This document shows, piece after piece, positions 8,488-11,136 of a stretch of DNA of 11,136 bases. A model generated the notes under the pieces. The model had not been told where the DNA came from. It ran no database searches and saw nothing but the letters and a program-made list of their open reading frames with translations. Numbering within the stretch: the stretch's first letter is position 1; each line of letters begins with the position of its first letter. Origin of the DNA: a bacterium (lineage in GTDB: Bacteria; Krumholzibacteriota; Krumholzibacteriia; G020349025); NCBI GenBank assembly GCA_031362565.1, contig JANLSU010000063.1, forward strand, positions 1 through 11,136, in the 5' to 3' direction. Position numbers and translations under genes: made by a program.

Positions 8488-9543
8488 TCACGGTTTCCCC
8501 GTCTCGCCCGCCGCGGCCGCCTGCCGATACTGCCGCCGCAGCACTGCCAGCGCCGGTTTGCCCTGCGGTGTGAAATCGTTTCCGGCGCGACCGTAGCCGT
8601 CCCGCAGGTGCGGATGCCACTTCCAAATGAAGGTGCCGCCGAACCAGGGCCGGTCCCAGAACACTCCGAAGAGCGCCTCGTAGGCTTGACGCTGAATTTC
8701 CAGATCCTGCTCGCCCTCGTCGTCCCAGGACCACGGCTCGCGCAGTGCACCCGTGACGCTCTTGTAGCCGACCTCGGTAAAGACGATGGGTTTGTGAGTG
8801 CGCGCGGCGAGTTTTTCGAGCCGCGCCACGACCGGCATCCACGCCGCACGGATCGAGTCCATGCCGGGATTGGCGCTCGTGGCCAGCGGGTAATACGCTT
8901 GGATGCCGATGAAATCGAGCCCATCCCAGAACTCGATGCGCTCGGCCTCGTCGCTCCAGTTGGCGCAGTAGGTGAGCGGCCCGTGATACACGCTCCGCAC
9001 CCGCTCGATCAACCGCCGCCAGTCCGCAGTGCGGCGCGTCGTGCCGCCCAGCTCGGTGCCGATCGCGAGCCCCTCCATATGATTGGCTTCGGCGAGCGCC
9101 GCGTAGTGCAGGATGAACCGCTCGTAGGCCGCGAACCATGGCGCCCAATCGGCATCCTTCGGCATCGCAATGTGGCCGACCCAGTCGCCGTGATGGACCC
9201 ACAAATGTGGCTTGAGGAGGGTGCGGATGCCGCGGGCGCGCGCCCACTCGGCCGTCTGTACCAGCCCGGAATCGCTTTCGCCCCAGAGCACCCGGTGGTC
9301 GGCCAGGATGACGTCGGGGTCCTCGAGCGACCGGCACCAGCCGAAGGGGGTCTGCGAGATCCAGTCGGCGCCCAGGTCCTGGACGGGGTCGAGCTGGGCG
9401 GGTTCGAGGGAGCGGCCCGCCTCCCAGCACACGCCCCGCATCTTCGCCGTGGGCCCGGGATTGGGCGCGAGCCCGGCCCCGCCCACGGCCACGAGGGCCA
9501 GCAGGCTCAGGACTCCCAAGACCGTGCACCGGGCTATCCGCAT
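8488..9543 (-). CDS. Secreted GH113-like TIM-barrel glycoside hydrolase (beta-mannanase-like family)
   Basis: Signal peptide; LLKPHLW, IGTELG (putative acid/base Glu), LTYCANW, LDFIGIQAYYPL, IVFTEVGY (putative nucleophile Glu), WFGGTFIWKW, FTPQGKPA. Confidence 0.85.
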   Translation of the reverse strand: MRIARCTVLGVLSLLALVAVGGAGLAPNPGPTAKMRGVCWEAGRSLEPAQLDPVQDLGADWISQTPFGWCRSLEDPDVILADHRVLWGESDSGLVQTAEWARARGIRTLLKPHLWVHHGDWVGHIAMPKDADWAPWFAAYERFILHYAALAEANHMEGLAIGTELGGTTRRTADWRRLIERVRSVYHGPLTYCANWSDEAERIEFWDGLDFIGIQAYYPLATSANPGMDSIRAAWMPVVARLEKLAARTHKPIVFTEVGYKSVTGALREPWSWDDEGEQDLEIQRQAYEALFGVFWDRPWFGGTFIWKWHPHLRDGYGRAGNDFTPQGKPALAVLRRQYRQAAAAGETGKP

Positions 9544-9730
9544 GGCGGGAGCATACCCAAGAGGGCGGGGCGCCGTCGCCTACGGGCGCATTGAGGCCGT
9601 GGGGTAGCGGAGCCGATGTGTCATCATTACATTCGGCGGTCGCCCCGAACGGGGCCGCCGGGCCCCACCCTCTCGGGGGCCGCACGCGCCGGGCGACGCT
9701 CCTCCGCGGTTTTGGGAAGGCAAACGATCC

Positions 9731-11136
9731 ATGAGCGAGAAGTCCGACCTCCAGAGTCTGCCGTTGTTGCCGATCAAGAACACGGTGCTGTTTCCGTCGC
9801 TGCTCGTACCGTTTTCGGTCGGGCGCCCGATGAGCATGGCAGCCGTCGAGGCAGCGCTCGCGACCGAGGAAAAAGAAATCGTCGTCCTGACGCAGCGCGA
9901 TGCTTCGATTGCGGAGCCCGTGCAGAGCGATCTCTTCACGATCGGCACCAAAGCCGTCATCAAGAAGATGTCGCGCCAGGATGATTACTTCGAGCTCATC
10001 GTGCACGGCCTGGAGCGCGTCACGGTTCAAAAGGTCACCAAGCGCGACGGCAAGTACTTGGAAGCGACCGTGCGGCCGAGCCCGGTTGCCGATATCCAGA
10101 GCACCGAGACCGAGGCGTTGCGCCGCGAAGTCGAGGACATGGCCAAGCGCGTGCACGAACTGGCGCGCCCACGCTCGCCGGTCGACTTCGGAGAGTTTCT
10201 GGCCGAGACGCAGGATGCAGTGCGGCTCGCTTACACGCTTGCCTCCATGTTGAGCCTGGAGACGGCGAACGAACAGGCGCTGCTCGAGTCCTCGACGACG
10301 CGCGATGCGCTAAAGCTCATCTATACGCACCTCCGCCACGAAGTGCAGGTGCTCGAACTGCGCGCCAAGATCGCTCATGAGGCGCAGTCCGAACTGACGA
10401 AGCAGCAGCGCGAGTACCTGCTGCGGCAGCAGTTGCGCGCCATTCACAACGAGCTTGGCGAGTCGGACCCGGACAAGGCTTCGACCGATCATTTGCGCCA
10501 GCGCCTGACGGACGCCGATCTGCCGGACGAGGTGCGCGCCGAGGCCGAGAAGGAATTGAACCGCTTGGAGCGCGTGCCGGCGGCGTCTCCCGAGCATGGC
10601 GTCATTCGCACGTACTTGGAACTGGTACTCGAGCTGCCGTGGCGGAAGGCGAGCCCGGCCATCATCGACATCGCGCGGACGCGCGCCGTGCTGGATGAGG
10701 ACCACTACGACCTGACCGAAGTGAAGGGCCGCATCCTCGAGCACTTGGCGGTCTTGAAACTGAATCCGAATGCCAAGGCGCCGATCCTCTGCTTCGTGGG
10801 CCCGCCTGGTGTCGGCAAGACGTCCCTTGGGCAATCGATCGCGCGCTCGCTCGGGCGCAAGTTCGAACGCATGAGCTTGGGTGGCATGTCGGACGAGGGT
10901 GAACTGCGCGGCCATCGCCGCACGTATATCGGTGCAATGCCGGGCCGCATCGTGCAGGCCTTGCGGCGCGTCGGCGTCAACAACCCGGTCATCATGTTGG
11001 ACGAGGTCGACAAGCTGGGGCGCGATTTCCGAGGCGACCCGGCGGCGGCGCTCCTCGAGGTGCTGGATCCGGAGCAGAACCGCACGTTCCGGGACAACTA
11101 CTTGGATATGCCGTTCGACATCTCGAAGGTGCTCTT
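9731..11136 (+). CDS. lon: ATP-dependent Lon protease (endopeptidase La), partial, runs off the window
   Basis: Manual translation: MSEKSDLQSLPLLPIKNTVLFP (LON N domain), QREYLLRQQL, Walker A GPPGVGKTS (from 10799), LRGHRRTYIGAMPGRI, Walker B MLDEVDK, DPAAALLEVLDPEQN. Missing from the ORF track because there is no stop in the window. Confidence 0.97.
   Translation, partial: MSEKSDLQSLPLLPIKNTVLFPSLLVPFSVGRPMSMAAVEAALATEEKEIVVLTQRDASIAEPVQSDLFTIGTKAVIKKMSRQDDYFELIVHGLERVTVQKVTKRDGKYLEATVRPSPVADIQSTETEALRREVEDMAKRVHELARPRSPVDFGEFLAETQDAVRLAYTLASMLSLETANEQALLESSTTRDALKLIYTHLRHEVQVLELRAKIAHEAQSELTKQQREYLLRQQLRAIHNELGESDPDKASTDHLRQRLTDADLPDEVRAEAEKELNRLERVPAASPEHGVIRTYLELVLELPWRKASPAIIDIARTRAVLDEDHYDLTEVKGRILEHLAVLKLNPNAKAPILCFVGPPGVGKTSLGQSIARSLGRKFERMSLGGMSDEGELRGHRRTYIGAMPGRIVQALRRVGVNNPVIMLDEVDKLGRDFRGDPAAALLEVLDPEQNRTFRDNYLDMPFDISKVL

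Noticed and set aside
8468..10156. N-terminal ~560 aa of the 1139-aa ORF, suggesting a giant permease fusion
   Set aside because: It overlaps the GH113 gene in another frame and the antisense of lon. Permease homology and an RBS start at 8467. GC-rich open-frame artefact.

Overview
GC-rich bacterial window in two parts. Left (~240-2100): an eroded integron gene-cassette array with no integrase in the window. It has one intact attC (735-830) and degenerate or truncated attC remnants (~243-338, ~1301, ~1739). It carries a DUF2442 antitoxin fused to a 9-aa DUF4160-like stub, a VOC/glyoxalase gene, a 5'-truncated RelE/HigB toxin with an intact HigA-type antitoxin, and an inverted, apparently truncated UDG-like ORF. 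Both TA modules appear to have lost the toxin and kept the antitoxin. Right (2120-11136): chromosomal backbone with a secreted protein carrying a 'SWSSIK' C-terminal motif, an 8x13-bp intergenic tandem array, a small hypothetical gene, a divergent K+-independent-type membrane pyrophosphatase (hppA) with a long structured leader (riboswitch candidate), a probable lipoprotein, a GH113-like hydrolase + APC amino-acid permease pair, and the 5' part of a Lon protease. Family assignments come from motif recognition only; no searches were run.
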